Part shown: positions 1 to 10,600 of the stretch, piece by piece
How positions within the stretch are numbered: position 1 is the stretch's first letter
How the letters are laid out: each line of letters starts with the position of its first letter
Assembly (NCBI GenBank): GCA_965205015.1
Contig: OZ242029.1
Coordinates: forward strand, 928,001 to 992,000
DNA length: 64,000 bases
Source: Candidatus Poribacteria bacterium
GTDB taxonomy: Bacteria; Poribacteria; WGA-4E; WGA-3G
Direction of reading: 5' to 3'
Translations under genes and position numbers: made by a program
The notes under the pieces: model-generated
What the model was told of the DNA's origin: nothing
What the model saw: only the letters and a program-made list of their open reading frames with translations
The model's database searches: none

Positions 1-174
1 ACAGTTAAGAGCGGCTCCAGCTACTGCTCACAGAGCGAACTTACCGCCATTTTCGGCATAAATGACGATCCTATCATTGAGACAATCGAGGTAACGTGGC
101 CCAGCGGTGCCATCAGCACACGCAAGAACGTCACACCCAACCAACACATTCGTATTAAGGAAGGCACACCGTAA
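1..174 (+). CDS. C-terminal part of ASPIC/UnbV-domain (CRTAC1-like) protein, truncated at window edge
   Basis: Frame 1 reads TVKSGSSYCSQSELTAIFGI...IEVTWPSG...HIRIKEGTP*, the GSSY.SQ...FG...V.WPSG pattern of ASPIC/UnbV. Confidence 0.75.
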   Translation, partial: TVKSGSSYCSQSELTAIFGINDDPIIETIEVTWPSGAISTRKNVTPNQHIRIKEGTP

Positions 175-268
175 GTACGTTTCCTAAGGGAAATACGCAG
201 AAACACCCAAGCAAAAACCCCAAGCAAAAACACTTGCTCTCTACAGAAGACGTTATGGAGGAAACATC

Positions 269-1273
269 ATGAAATGCTTATGTTACGCATTCAGCACGTT
301 CCTTATCTTTGCGCCTGTCTCCACTGTTCTTGCAAAAGCTCCGAAAACTGCCAAAATCGTATTCAGATCCATGCGGGATGGCAACTCTGAGATTTATAGC
401 ATGAACCCAGATGGTTCTGATCAGAAAAACTTAACCCAGCACCGTGCCCAGGATATTGCGCCTGTCTGGTCGCCGACAGGTAGGCAGATTCTTTTCCAAT
501 CGGATCGAGACGGGATACCGGATCTCTACCTCATGGATCCAGATGGAACGAATGTGCGTCAGGTCTTCAAAAAATTAATAGGCAGAGAGTTCCCAACCTG
601 GTCGCCTGACGGAAAAGCACTCGCTTATCACCGATTTCACACATTCTCTATCTACACCGCCTCAATTGACGGAGAAGATGAGGCAAAACTTGCGGAGGGC
701 TTATGGCCTGAGTGGTCTCCCAACGGTGCTGAGATCGCCTTCGAGGCAGGTAAGTTTGTTTGGGGTGACAACGGCAATCTCAGATTTCTGGACGTCAGAA
801 TCGAGATTATCAATCTACAAACGCATGTACAAGAGAAACTTCTTCCGAAGAGTATTTGGATGTATGATCCTGCTTGGACCCCCGATAGTGCGCAGATAGC
901 CTTTACTTGGAACGGTAGGCAAGAGAACGGTTTTTTAGGGGGTAAGGTGGGGCTGCATACCACAGGTATCTATGTTGTGAACCGAGATGGGACCGGACTC
1001 AAGAAGGTTATTGATTCTGGAGAACACACTACAGTGTTTAACGCTACCTGGTCCCCGCTCGGGAATGAACTCATTTACAACGTTGACAATGATCAGGATC
1101 GTAGCCCCAGACAACTTTTCAAAGCCACTTTGGATGGTGGTGTTCCAGAGCAGCTCACACGCCGGGGTAATAACTCCAACGCCGATTGGTTCGATCCTGC
1201 GTTTGCGTTGCCGGTCTCGCCCCAACCGTCCCTTCTGACAACAACGTGGGGCAAACTCAAAACACAAGACTAA
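269..1273 (+). CDS. Secreted TolB-like PD40/WD40-like beta-propeller protein
   Basis: Signal peptide, repeated P.WSPDG motifs, GGAGG RBS, C-terminal LLTTTWGKLK tail. Confidence 0.85.
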   Translation: MKCLCYAFSTFLIFAPVSTVLAKAPKTAKIVFRSMRDGNSEIYSMNPDGSDQKNLTQHRAQDIAPVWSPTGRQILFQSDRDGIPDLYLMDPDGTNVRQVFKKLIGREFPTWSPDGKALAYHRFHTFSIYTASIDGEDEAKLAEGLWPEWSPNGAEIAFEAGKFVWGDNGNLRFLDVRIEIINLQTHVQEKLLPKSIWMYDPAWTPDSAQIAFTWNGRQENGFLGGKVGLHTTGIYVVNRDGTGLKKVIDSGEHTTVFNATWSPLGNELIYNVDNDQDRSPRQLFKATLDGGVPEQLTRRGNNSNADWFDPAFALPVSPQPSLLTTTWGKLKTQD

Positions 1274-1326
1274 TGTCATACAGAAATCGTTTCCTTCTCT
1301 ACAGAAACCTCCATGGAGGAAGTATC

Positions 1327-2313
1327 ATGAAATGCTTATGTTATGCGCTTAGCACGTTCCTTATCTTTGCGCCCCTCTCCGCTGTTATCGCAAAAGCCCC
1401 AGAAACCGCCAAAATCGTATTTACATCAAGGCGAGATGGGAACTTTGAGATTTATACCATGAATCCGGATGGATCCGATCAGATAAACTTAACACACCAC
1501 CGTAGCAAGGATACCTCGCCTGTCTGGTCGCCGACAGGTGAACAGATTCTCTTCACCTCGGATCGAGGCGGGATAGAGGAGCTCTACCTTATGGATCCAG
1601 ATGGAACGAATGTGCGCCAAGTTTTCAAAAAATTAATAGGCAGAGAATTCCCAACGTGGTCGCCTGACGGAAAAGCACTTGCTTATCACCGATTTCACAC
1701 GCTTTCTATCTACACCGCCTCAAGTGATGGAGAAGATGAGGAAGAACTTGCGGATGGCTTATGGCCCGCGTGGTCTGCCGATGGTTCTGAGATCGCTTTC
1801 ATGGCAGCTAAGTTCGCTTGGGCTGAAAACGGAAATCTCGGACTACCGAAGGTCAGGATCCAAATTATCAATCTACAAACGCATGTAGAAGAGGCACTTC
1901 TTCCGGAGGGGATAGGGATGTTTAACCCTGCCTGGGCACCCGATAGTACGCAGATAGCCTTTTCTTGGAGAGGTGTGCAAGAGAAAGGTAGAGGGATAGG
2001 GGGCACTATGGGTATCTATGTTGTGAACCGAGATGGGAGCGAACTCAGGAGGATTATTGATGCTGAAGATGGCATGGCAGCGTTTAACCCTACCTGGTCA
2101 CCAGATGGGAATGAACTCATTTACAACCAAGGGGTGGGTGGCGTCAGAGACCTCTTCAAAGTCGCTTTGGACGATGGTGTCCCAGAACAACTCACACACC
2201 GGCAGGGAGATAACTTCCGAGCGGATTGGTTCGATCCTGCGTTTGCGTTGCCGGTCTCACCCCAATCGTCCCTCTTAACAACGATATGGGGAAAACTCAA
2301 AACACAAGACTGA
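1327..2313 (+). CDS. TolB-like PD40 beta-propeller protein, tandem paralog of 269-1273
   Basis: Same N-terminus MKCLCYA after GGAGG RBS (ATG 1327); long identical stretches with upstream gene. Confidence 0.85.
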   Translation: MKCLCYALSTFLIFAPLSAVIAKAPETAKIVFTSRRDGNFEIYTMNPDGSDQINLTHHRSKDTSPVWSPTGEQILFTSDRGGIEELYLMDPDGTNVRQVFKKLIGREFPTWSPDGKALAYHRFHTLSIYTASSDGEDEEELADGLWPAWSADGSEIAFMAAKFAWAENGNLGLPKVRIQIINLQTHVEEALLPEGIGMFNPAWAPDSTQIAFSWRGVQEKGRGIGGTMGIYVVNRDGSELRRIIDAEDGMAAFNPTWSPDGNELIYNQGVGGVRDLFKVALDDGVPEQLTHRQGDNFRADWFDPAFALPVSPQSSLLTTIWGKLKTQD

Positions 2314-2324
2314 TTCAAACAATT

Positions 2325-3197
2325 TCATTCCTTAAGCCGCCCCCATACCGTCGCGAGCTTTCCTTGCGCGTCAACTGCGAGCGTGCCATCGGTCTCTGCA
2401 CCATTTTTACCCACCAGATGGTGGGCATTGCCTGATGTATCTGAGAACTCGCGTGTTCCCCTCGTTTCATCAAAATGCCACAACGCAACCGTTCTTGCGT
2501 CGGTCTTGAACTTTTTACGCGGCGTGAAACCCCATTTAGTGATATCGTAACGCGCAACCCTTGAAACGCGGACCTCATCAATATAGCCCGCAAAATGACC
2601 CCAAAAATTACCGTTCCAAAACTCAATTTCTTCTCCAAACCCTCCGATTGTAAAATCCTGTGGATGTCCGGCGGGTGAGATATCAGGGGCGAGAGGTATT
2701 CCCTGCGGTAAGACGCGTACTAACTCGTTAACGATGAGTGTCGTCTGTTTCTCTTCTGTCTGAAAGGCGATGTGATGCCATTGATTCGGAGGAAACTCTA
2801 CTATCATGCCAAGCCCCATCATAGGTAACGCTATTACAGCGTTCGGAGCGTTCTCTCCGCCAATATCAAAGTAAGCTTCACCTGTTAGTTTTAAAAATCT
2901 GTCGTGAGGATGGTTCACGATGTTCATCTTCACCTGTTGGCTGAGAATCACCGCGTGTATATGCTGGTCAGGCGGCGTGGTTGGATATATCCATGCTTCA
3001 AAGGTCCACTCATCTGCGCCTTTTGGCAAGAGGAGACCGAAGGTTTCAAAGTCCAAAACTGCATGGTCATCCACCCCATCAAGGACTAAACAGTTCCCAC
3101 CCGCAGGGGAAGGCGGTGGCATCGCTTCAGCACGCAACGGAATTAAAACCAGCAGAAAAAGACAAGCAAAAATTGACAGATTTCGTAGATTTTTCAT
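2325..3197 (-). CDS. Secreted LamG-like jellyroll (concanavalin A-like) domain protein
   Basis: LDGVDD, TFEAWIYP, QWHHIA, F.GYIDEVRVS motifs; signal peptide from Met 3197 with AGGAG RBS; GKLATVWGRLK tail. Confidence 0.8.
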   Translation of the reverse strand: MKNLRNLSIFACLFLLVLIPLRAEAMPPPSPAGGNCLVLDGVDDHAVLDFETFGLLLPKGADEWTFEAWIYPTTPPDQHIHAVILSQQVKMNIVNHPHDRFLKLTGEAYFDIGGENAPNAVIALPMMGLGMIVEFPPNQWHHIAFQTEEKQTTLIVNELVRVLPQGIPLAPDISPAGHPQDFTIGGFGEEIEFWNGNFWGHFAGYIDEVRVSRVARYDITKWGFTPRKKFKTDARTVALWHFDETRGTREFSDTSGNAHHLVGKNGAETDGTLAVDAQGKLATVWGRLKE

Positions 3198-3244
3198 CCT
3201 CGTAACTCTCCTTGATTTTAATTTAATGCTATCCCTCATTTGAG

Positions 3245-5191
3245 TCAATGGTTCCTTTTTTTAATCGCTTTCCACGTTTGCATGAGTTTCCCCATTAGGT
3301 CGACGCTCCGAGGAACTTCGACTGTGCCGTATACATCAACTGTTGTAAGTGGCTTAAAAGCATCATTACTGCCCCCAAAGATATAGATATTCCCATTTAC
3401 TACCTCAGTCCTATGTCCTGATCTGCGAGTCGGCATGTCCGGCTTCCGGGTCCAACGGTCAGTTTCAGGATCGTAAATCTCAACCGTTGAGAGATATATG
3501 AACCGATCATTGTCCCAAAAACCACCCCCTATTACGTAAATCTTTCCATCAATTACACTTGCCGTGTGCAGTGCTTTTGAGGTAGGCATTTCAGCTATTT
3601 CTGTCCACCGATTGTTCTTTGGATCATACACTTCAACACTGGAAAGAGAGGGACCTGGATGATTTGGAATCTGGGGCCATCCCACTCCACCTATGACATA
3701 AATCTTTCCATCCACAACGCTTACTGCCGGAATACCACGGGCATGATTCATACTTTTAACTTCTGCCCATGTATCAGTCGCTGGATCATAGACATCCACG
3801 CTATCCAAGCGTCCCTGTTTTTTGTTGGCTGCTGAACCACCAACGATATAAATCTTTCCATCTACGACACAAGCCCTGCCACTCCGCGGCACAGGCATGT
3901 CCGCTTTCTGGATCCATGTGTCGGTGCCTGGATCGTACATTTCTATAGTCGGGAGAAGTTTACCACCGTACCCCCAACCGGGACCACGCTGAAATTTCTT
4001 TGATGCTCCGCCACCAATGGCATAGATTTTCCCATCTACAACCAAAGTAGCTACGCCAGTCCGCGCTGTCGGCATATCCGCCTTTCGTTCCCATGTATCG
4101 GTTTCCGGGTCGTACATTTCGACCGTTGCAACGGATATGTCACCAAACTTGTCAACGTCACCACCGATTGCGAATACTTTCCCGTCCACGACACACGTCC
4201 CAAAGTTAAATCGGGGGGTTGGCATGTCTGCTCTCGGCATCCACTGTTTGGTAGCATTTTCCGGTGCGACAGATACCGAGGTTACATTAGAAACTTGGGT
4301 GCCAGTACGGCTGATTTTACCGGGAGTGGCATCCCGTCCGACCTGATTTCGCACAGCAGGTTTCGCTTCTATATCAAGGATAATCGGCGTATCGATGATT
4401 TCAATCGTCGGTTCAGACCGCGCTTCGAAACTATACGGTCTCTGGAAACGGGTGAGGTATCGGTTGCTCGCGCCGATAAGTAAAGCGATCAAAACCGCAG
4501 CTGCCCCCAAAGCCATCCATGGGAGAAAAGGTTTAGGAGCCGGAGTCGGTGTGGGTTCCATCTCAGCGACTTGTCGCATGACGTTCTCACCTAAACTCGC
4601 CGGTATTTGCACGCCACCGAAAACTTCTTGGATCATCAGTTCTTCGTCCGCTTGCAAACGCTCTCGTCCGCGACGAAGTCTACTTTTAATAGTGCCCACC
4701 GACACGCCTAAGAATTTCCCGATCTCTTTGGTCGTCATTTCACCGAGATAGTAGAGTGTCATGACCGTGCGTTCGCTCTCCGGAAGCTTCGCGAGCAGCT
4801 TTTTGACGAGTTCACGGCGATGCTCGGTGAGTTCTATTTCTCGCGCTTCCGATACATGATGTATATAAGAGGCTCTTTCGACTTCTTCCACAGGTGTGTC
4901 CTCCAGCGATTGCGTTGGGAGTCCTCTCTTCCGACTCCAATCAATGCAAAGCCTATCTGCGATGACATACAGCCATCCAGCAAACTGATTGTGATTCTTG
5001 AGCGTTGAGAGTTTTTTGTATGCTTGAAGGAAGGTGTCTTGGGTAATATCTTCAGCAATGTGAAAATCCCCGATCTTCCGCCATACGAGCGCGTGGACGC
5101 TTTTCTGGTATCTTTGGAGCAAGACACCAAATGCTTCATCATCTCCCGATAAGGTTCTCTGAATCAGTTGAACATCGTCTTCTCTCTCCAC
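3245..5191 (-). CDS. ECF-type sigma-70 factor fused via a transmembrane helix to a Kelch-repeat propeller
   Basis: Sigma region 2 (AEDITQDTFLQAY) and 4 (EIGKFLGVSVGTIKSRLRRGR); hydrophobic WMALGAAAVLIALLIG; six Kelch repeats (DGKIY.IGG...YDP.TD.W). Confidence 0.88.
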   Translation of the reverse strand: MEREDDVQLIQRTLSGDDEAFGVLLQRYQKSVHALVWRKIGDFHIAEDITQDTFLQAYKKLSTLKNHNQFAGWLYVIADRLCIDWSRKRGLPTQSLEDTPVEEVERASYIHHVSEAREIELTEHRRELVKKLLAKLPESERTVMTLYYLGEMTTKEIGKFLGVSVGTIKSRLRRGRERLQADEELMIQEVFGGVQIPASLGENVMRQVAEMEPTPTPAPKPFLPWMALGAAAVLIALLIGASNRYLTRFQRPYSFEARSEPTIEIIDTPIILDIEAKPAVRNQVGRDATPGKISRTGTQVSNVTSVSVAPENATKQWMPRADMPTPRFNFGTCVVDGKVFAIGGDVDKFGDISVATVEMYDPETDTWERKADMPTARTGVATLVVDGKIYAIGGGASKKFQRGPGWGYGGKLLPTIEMYDPGTDTWIQKADMPVPRSGRACVVDGKIYIVGGSAANKKQGRLDSVDVYDPATDTWAEVKSMNHARGIPAVSVVDGKIYVIGGVGWPQIPNHPGPSLSSVEVYDPKNNRWTEIAEMPTSKALHTASVIDGKIYVIGGGFWDNDRFIYLSTVEIYDPETDRWTRKPDMPTRRSGHRTEVVNGNIYIFGGSNDAFKPLTTVDVYGTVEVPRSVDLMGKLMQTWKAIKKRNH

Positions 5192-5408
5192 GAGATTCCC
5201 TCCTGACGAAAAGATGGCATTGTGTTCTATTCACTATGGTGAATTATCAAAATATGTAGACACCTTGTAGGGGTGTCCCTCGTGGGCACCCCCAAACTCA
5301 CCGTTCATAATGTCTAAGTAATTCTAAAATCTACCTTAAAAGACTGAATCCGATGTCAAGTCTTGTAAAATTAAGCAATGCGACACGTTTACACTCTCTA
5401 TTATTAAA

Positions 5409-5435
5409 GACGAATTTTGAGTCAGAAAAGATGCA
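5409..5435 (-). promoter_or_regulatory. Putative ECF-sigma promoter upstream of the sigma-Kelch gene
   Basis: Minus strand TGCATC-N17-CGTC; similar element at 47774-47810. Confidence 0.4.
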
Positions 5436-5603
5436 TTATAGAAAAAAATCAAACAATCTCGTGAATACTTGTGAACATCTTTAGAAAAGACGCACCCTTC
5501 CTGGTGGTTTGTCCAGTCTAAAATTGGGAATAACTCCGTTCGTAGTAGGGCAATTCATTGCCCGTCTTTAACGCTTTAGTACCAAATCGTCAAAAACCAT
5601 CTT

Positions 5604-5632
5604 TTGACAATTGAGGTTTTTTGTGGTATACT
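5604..5632 (+). promoter_or_regulatory. Sigma-70 promoter for the XRE-ImmA/DUF4411 pair
   Basis: TTGACA-17bp-TATACT with extended -10 TG. Confidence 0.7.
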
Positions 5633-5789
5633 TTAATTCCCTTTTTGAGTAGGATACGTTAAGTATATTTCGCAGTCACTGCAATTTATTCGTTTGCAAA
5701 TTATCGGAGTTTAACATCGCGCAATTTGAAAACATTTCAATTGATGATTTTACGACGAACTGGTCAACCGGTTTGTGGGGATACACATC

Positions 5790-6962
5790 ATGGCTAAATC
5801 TGTAAAAGCACTCATTACGCCGGAAGTTCTCAAGTGGGCGCGTGAAAAACGCATCAGATTAGAAATTGACTACGCGGCAAAAAAATTAAAGATAGACCCG
5901 GTACGCCTTGAGGCATGGGAAAATGGTACAGAGCAACCCACTATCTCGCAGTTAAAGAAAATTGCGAAACTCTATAAAACCCACATTTCTGTTTTCTATC
6001 TGCCAGAACCACCTATAGGTTTCCAATCACTTATAGACTATCGGGTCTTGCCAGAACCATCTGCTATTAATGAAGAACAGACGTATAAATTGAACGCTAA
6101 TATTATTGAGGCATTCGAAAGACGGGAAATGCTCATTGAATTTTACGAATTGTTAGAGGAGCCGATTCCTCAAGTAACGCTGAAAGTCAATGAAGGAGAA
6201 GAACCGGCGCAAGAAGCAGAAAAAATAACTGAATTTCTTGAGCTTAATAGAGCACAACTACAGGAAGCGAATGATCCATACGCCGCACTGAAATTTTGGA
6301 AACAAACTGTCGAAGCAAAAGGTATTCTGGTCTGTCATACTTCTGTAAACACACATCTTTCTGTTGAATTGAAAACAGTACGTGGGTTTTGCATTGCCCA
6401 GAGACCTTTTCCAATGATCGTATTAAACCCTAAAGACAGACCCTATGGACGTATTTTCACAATTATTCACGAACTCGTCCACATCGCTCTTGGGAAAAGT
6501 ATTATCCAAAATACTGGATTTAGAGGAATAGAAAATCCAGCCCTGAACCAGACCGAAGTCTTTTGCAACCGAGTGGCTGCTGAGGTTTTAGTCCCTGAAA
6601 ATGAGTTGTTAGAAATGGTAAAACTGCAAACCCTTGAAAAAGAACTATCCAGAATTTCCAAGCACTTTCATGTAAGTCCTGAAGTTATTATGCGGCGACT
6701 ACTAACACTTGACAGAATATCGCAACGACACTACGAAACGTACAGAAAATCTCAGCAAGAAAAGTATAAGGGGAAATCCGATCAAGCCGGCGGTATCCGG
6801 CCGTACCACAATCGACTTCTTAATACTTCTGGTGAGCATTTCGCAAGAACTGCTTTTACCACTTACTATGAGGAAAAAATCACAATCTCTGAATTAGCTT
6901 CGGTTTTCTCTAACTGTGATACAAAGCACCTCTTTGAAATTGAAAGTCATATCTCCGTATGA
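5790..6962 (+). CDS. XRE-family HTH fused to ImmA/IrrE (DUF955) zinc metallopeptidase
   Basis: N-terminal HTH (LEAWENG.EQPTISQLKKIA); RIFTIIHELVH (HExxH) and E.FCNRVAAEVL. Confidence 0.88.
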   Translation: MAKSVKALITPEVLKWAREKRIRLEIDYAAKKLKIDPVRLEAWENGTEQPTISQLKKIAKLYKTHISVFYLPEPPIGFQSLIDYRVLPEPSAINEEQTYKLNANIIEAFERREMLIEFYELLEEPIPQVTLKVNEGEEPAQEAEKITEFLELNRAQLQEANDPYAALKFWKQTVEAKGILVCHTSVNTHLSVELKTVRGFCIAQRPFPMIVLNPKDRPYGRIFTIIHELVHIALGKSIIQNTGFRGIENPALNQTEVFCNRVAAEVLVPENELLEMVKLQTLEKELSRISKHFHVSPEVIMRRLLTLDRISQRHYETYRKSQQEKYKGKSDQAGGIRPYHNRLLNTSGEHFARTAFTTYYEEKITISELASVFSNCDTKHLFEIESHISV

Positions 6963-7459
6963 ATTCACTCTTTAACCAAAACCAGACAATTTATAGTCTG
7001 GATGCAAGTTCACTAATTGATGCGTATCGTTTTCTGTACCCAATGGAAAACTTTCCTGCCTTGTGGCAGGAGTTTGAGAGACTTATAAAGAGCGATCGAC
7101 TCAAAATGTCCGAGTTGGCCTTTGAAGAAGCCATGCGAGATAAAGTCTTAGATGAATGGTGTCGTGAAAAAAGTTTGAAACCATATCTTGAATTGAAAAT
7201 TGATGAGGCAGATCAGAAGACCGTCCGCAGTATATTGTCAAAGTATCCGGGGATGTTAAATGTAAGAAAAGGCATATCAGGGGCAGATCCGTGGGTAGTA
7301 GCTTTGGCAGTGAGATTTCAAAACGTAGTTGCAGTAACTGAAGAAAAATTAACTGGAAATCTACAATACCCAAGAATTCCTGATGTATGTAAGGCTTCTA
7401 ATATTGAATGTGTTACGATAGCTGGTGTTATAAAAAAAGAAAACTGGGTTTTCTCTTAA
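6959..7459 (+). CDS. DUF4411-family PIN-domain protein (putative toxin)
   Basis: YSLDASSLIDA, ADPWVVALA, VTEE, RIPDVC motifs; ATGA overlap with upstream gene. Confidence 0.85.
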   Translation: MNSLFNQNQTIYSLDASSLIDAYRFLYPMENFPALWQEFERLIKSDRLKMSELAFEEAMRDKVLDEWCREKSLKPYLELKIDEADQKTVRSILSKYPGMLNVRKGISGADPWVVALAVRFQNVVAVTEEKLTGNLQYPRIPDVCKASNIECVTIAGVIKKENWVFS

Positions 7460-7617
7460 CCGTTATTCGTATAAAGAGAAAATACCTCCACCAAAAACTG
7501 AATATTCTATCGCCTTTCTGTCAATCCTGTCGATTACCATAGGAGCGAGTTAAAACTCGCGACTCGCCTCCAAAATCTACAGAAAACGGAACCCTCCTGA
7601 AGAATAGAATATCACAC

Positions 7618-7646
7618 TTGACCTAAAACTGAAAGTCTGTTATACT
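7618..7646 (+). promoter_or_regulatory. Sigma-70 promoter of DUF499/DUF1156 cassette
   Basis: TTGACC-17bp-TATACT with TG extension. Confidence 0.65.
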
Positions 7647-7691
7647 TCTAAAGTAAGAGTAGGAAAATTCGTAAAATGGAGGCTTAAGTAC

Positions 7692-10600
7692 GTGAGTTCG
7701 CAAAAACGCCCCAACCAACACGAACTTTTTAAAGCAACCAACATTTACCTTGATGCTATGCGCCCCTTTATTTTCCGTAACATGAAGAGAGTACCAAGTA
7801 TAGCAGCAGAAGATCGTATTGAAGACCCAGACGATGTCGAGATCGGTGATTTTCCACATCTCTTCAGACGGTACTGGCGATATGCCTTTGCACAACACTT
7901 TGATCCTGAGTGGGATGCTCGAAGTAGAATTAGCCTAATAAAAGAGGCCCGAAATCGAGTCTCACACCCAAGGACAAAGGACCTCTCCTTGGATTATACT
8001 TTGGCGCGTCTGGAAGATATTACCGACGTATTAGGAGCAATAAATGCACCAGATCAAGAGAGCGCGGTGAGAGCCATCCGTGATAAACTGGTCAACGAAT
8101 CTTCTATTGTACCAACGAAGAAAGAGCCAAAACCTACTCTCCAAGAATCAAACAAGAAACCGCCTCGAAGAAAAATATCCGACCTTACTCCGTGGCGCGA
8201 AGTCATTAGTCCCAACAGTGATGTCATCGATGGCATCTTCCGAAAATCAGAATTCGCAGCAGATCTCCAAGAGGTCTACAACGGAACAGCCAAAACAGAG
8301 GCATACGGCGAAACAGATGTCTTCTTCAATCAGACCTATATTACACCCGGCCTCCGTGGATTGTTAGTTAACACGCTTAGACGACTCGGTGGCAAAGGTG
8401 GGGACCCGGTTATCCAAATGAAAACCGGGTTTGGCGGAGGGAAAACTCATAGTCTCATCGCCTTATACCACCTCGTAACCAGTGCAAAAACCCTGATGGA
8501 TTTACCATCCGATGGAGAGTACGGGCGGCTGCGCTCAGAGATTCATGACATCATGCAGGAGGCAGAATGGGATCCAACATCCGATCTTAATGCCAAGGTT
8601 TCTGTGCTTGACGGCCTCTACTTGTCGACTACCGAAGCAGATACTACTAAAAGCGGGGATCCACTTAATACGCTCTGGGGCAGAATGGCAGATCAACTTG
8701 GTGGGCAAGACGCATACGATATCGTCAGTGAAGCCGCCCGGCAAGGCATCTCCCCCGGTGGAAAACAACTGGACGAACTTTTTGAGCATGTCGGTCCCTC
8801 CGTCATCCTTATTGATGAATTGATCGCCTACGTGCGCAATGTGCAAAGAGTCACCCGAGATAGCATCTATACCTTTATCCAAGCACTTACGCAGTCGGTA
8901 CGCCGATGTGAACACGTCGCTCTCGTGGTTACCTTAACAGAAAGCCAGAATCAAGCAGGCGACGAAGCAGGGAACGAGGCATTCCAGACGCTTGAAGAAA
9001 TTTTTGAACGTATTGAGGATGTTTGGGAACCTCTGGAAATTCATGAAGCATTTGAAGTGGTACGTCGACGATTATTCGGGAGTGATATAGACGAAGCAGA
9101 ACGCGACCGGACTTGTGAAGCTTACAGCAAAATGTACCGAAACGCACGTCGCGAATATCCCGATGATGTTAACAATCAACGTTACCTCCAGCGGATGAAG
9201 GAGTGTTATCCGATTCACCCAGAGATATTTGACCGTTTGTACCACGATTGGTCTGCAATCCCAGCATTCCAGCGTACCCGTGGTGTGTTGCGCATAATGG
9301 CTAATTGCGTTAGCCGCCTTTACCAGAAACAGGACCCTTCTCCGTTAATAATGCCTGCAAATCTTACTTTGGATGATTCAGCACTCGCCGATGAATTTGC
9401 CAAATTACTTGGTAGACAGGGTGGACAGTGGAATCCAGTTCTGACAGAAGTAGACAGCGATGGCTCTCTCACAGACCAAATTGACATGAATTCCGGCACA
9501 TTTCTTGATGTCGGCGGTGCTGCGCGTCGAGTCGCTCGCACCATTTTCCTTGGTAGTGCAACAGGGCGTGCTGTCAAAGGTATTACAATTCGTCAAATTC
9601 ATCTCGGAGTTGTTGAACCCGGACAAGGCGTTTCCGTTTATAACGATGCCCTCAACAGAATGACTGATAAACTTCATTTTCTCTATAATCTTGACGATAG
9701 ATATTACTTCCACACCCAAGAGAACGTCAACAAAGCCGCTAACGACCGCGCACGGGAGTACACCAAAGAACATATTTATAGTGAGATTGTCTCACGGTTG
9801 GAAAGAGCCATCGGACGCGATCCGAGCGTGCAAGTCTGTCCAATCTCGCCAAGTGCCGTCAAGGACTCTGAAACGATTCAGTACGTTATCCTCCACCCAC
9901 AGGCATCCCTACCGAGCCGGGAAAAGGAAACGGATATAGCAAGCGATACAGCACGCAAAATTCTCACATACAGCGCGGACGATGAGCGGCAGCGCACCTT
10001 CAGAAATACGTTGCTCTTCATCGCAGCACGGCAAGCCGATATCCGGGAACTCAGCAATTTCGTCAAAAACTACCTCGCTTGGAATTCTATCATGAACGGA
10101 GATGTCCTACACAGCGCACTCACCGATCTCGAAGGCACGAGGTTAGATCAAACCACAGAAAACCTCGAATCCGCTGAAGATGCGGTAACAACTGCAATCT
10201 TTAAGGCATACCGCTGGACACTCGCCCCCACTCAAGCAAACCCACAAAAGAACGCCTACGACTTCTCTATCGCTGACACAAAAGTTGACGATCGCAGAAT
10301 CATCAGTCGGCTCCGCGAGAAATTCATTGAGGACGACGCAGTTATAACAAAAATAGCCCTTGAAATCTTCGCTGCACAATTGCAGCAATACATCTGGAGC
10401 AGCGATGCCTATCAAGAGCACATCGGCTTAGACACGTTCTGGGAACTCATGGCACAAAACGTCTACATGCCACGGATGAGAGACCGAAGTGTGTTAGCAG
10501 CTTGCATTAGAGAGGGTGTGCAGGCAGGCACCTTCGGATACGCCAGTGCTTATGAGGAGGACGACTACCGTAACTTCCACTTTGAGGAACAGGTCGGCGG

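Noticed and set aside
1186-1326. Upstream extensions of ORF-track calls (also at 24430, 27150, 33198, 40503, 51312, 61324, 62515)
   Set aside because: They overlap neighbouring genes; downstream starts have an RBS, signal peptide or paralog support.
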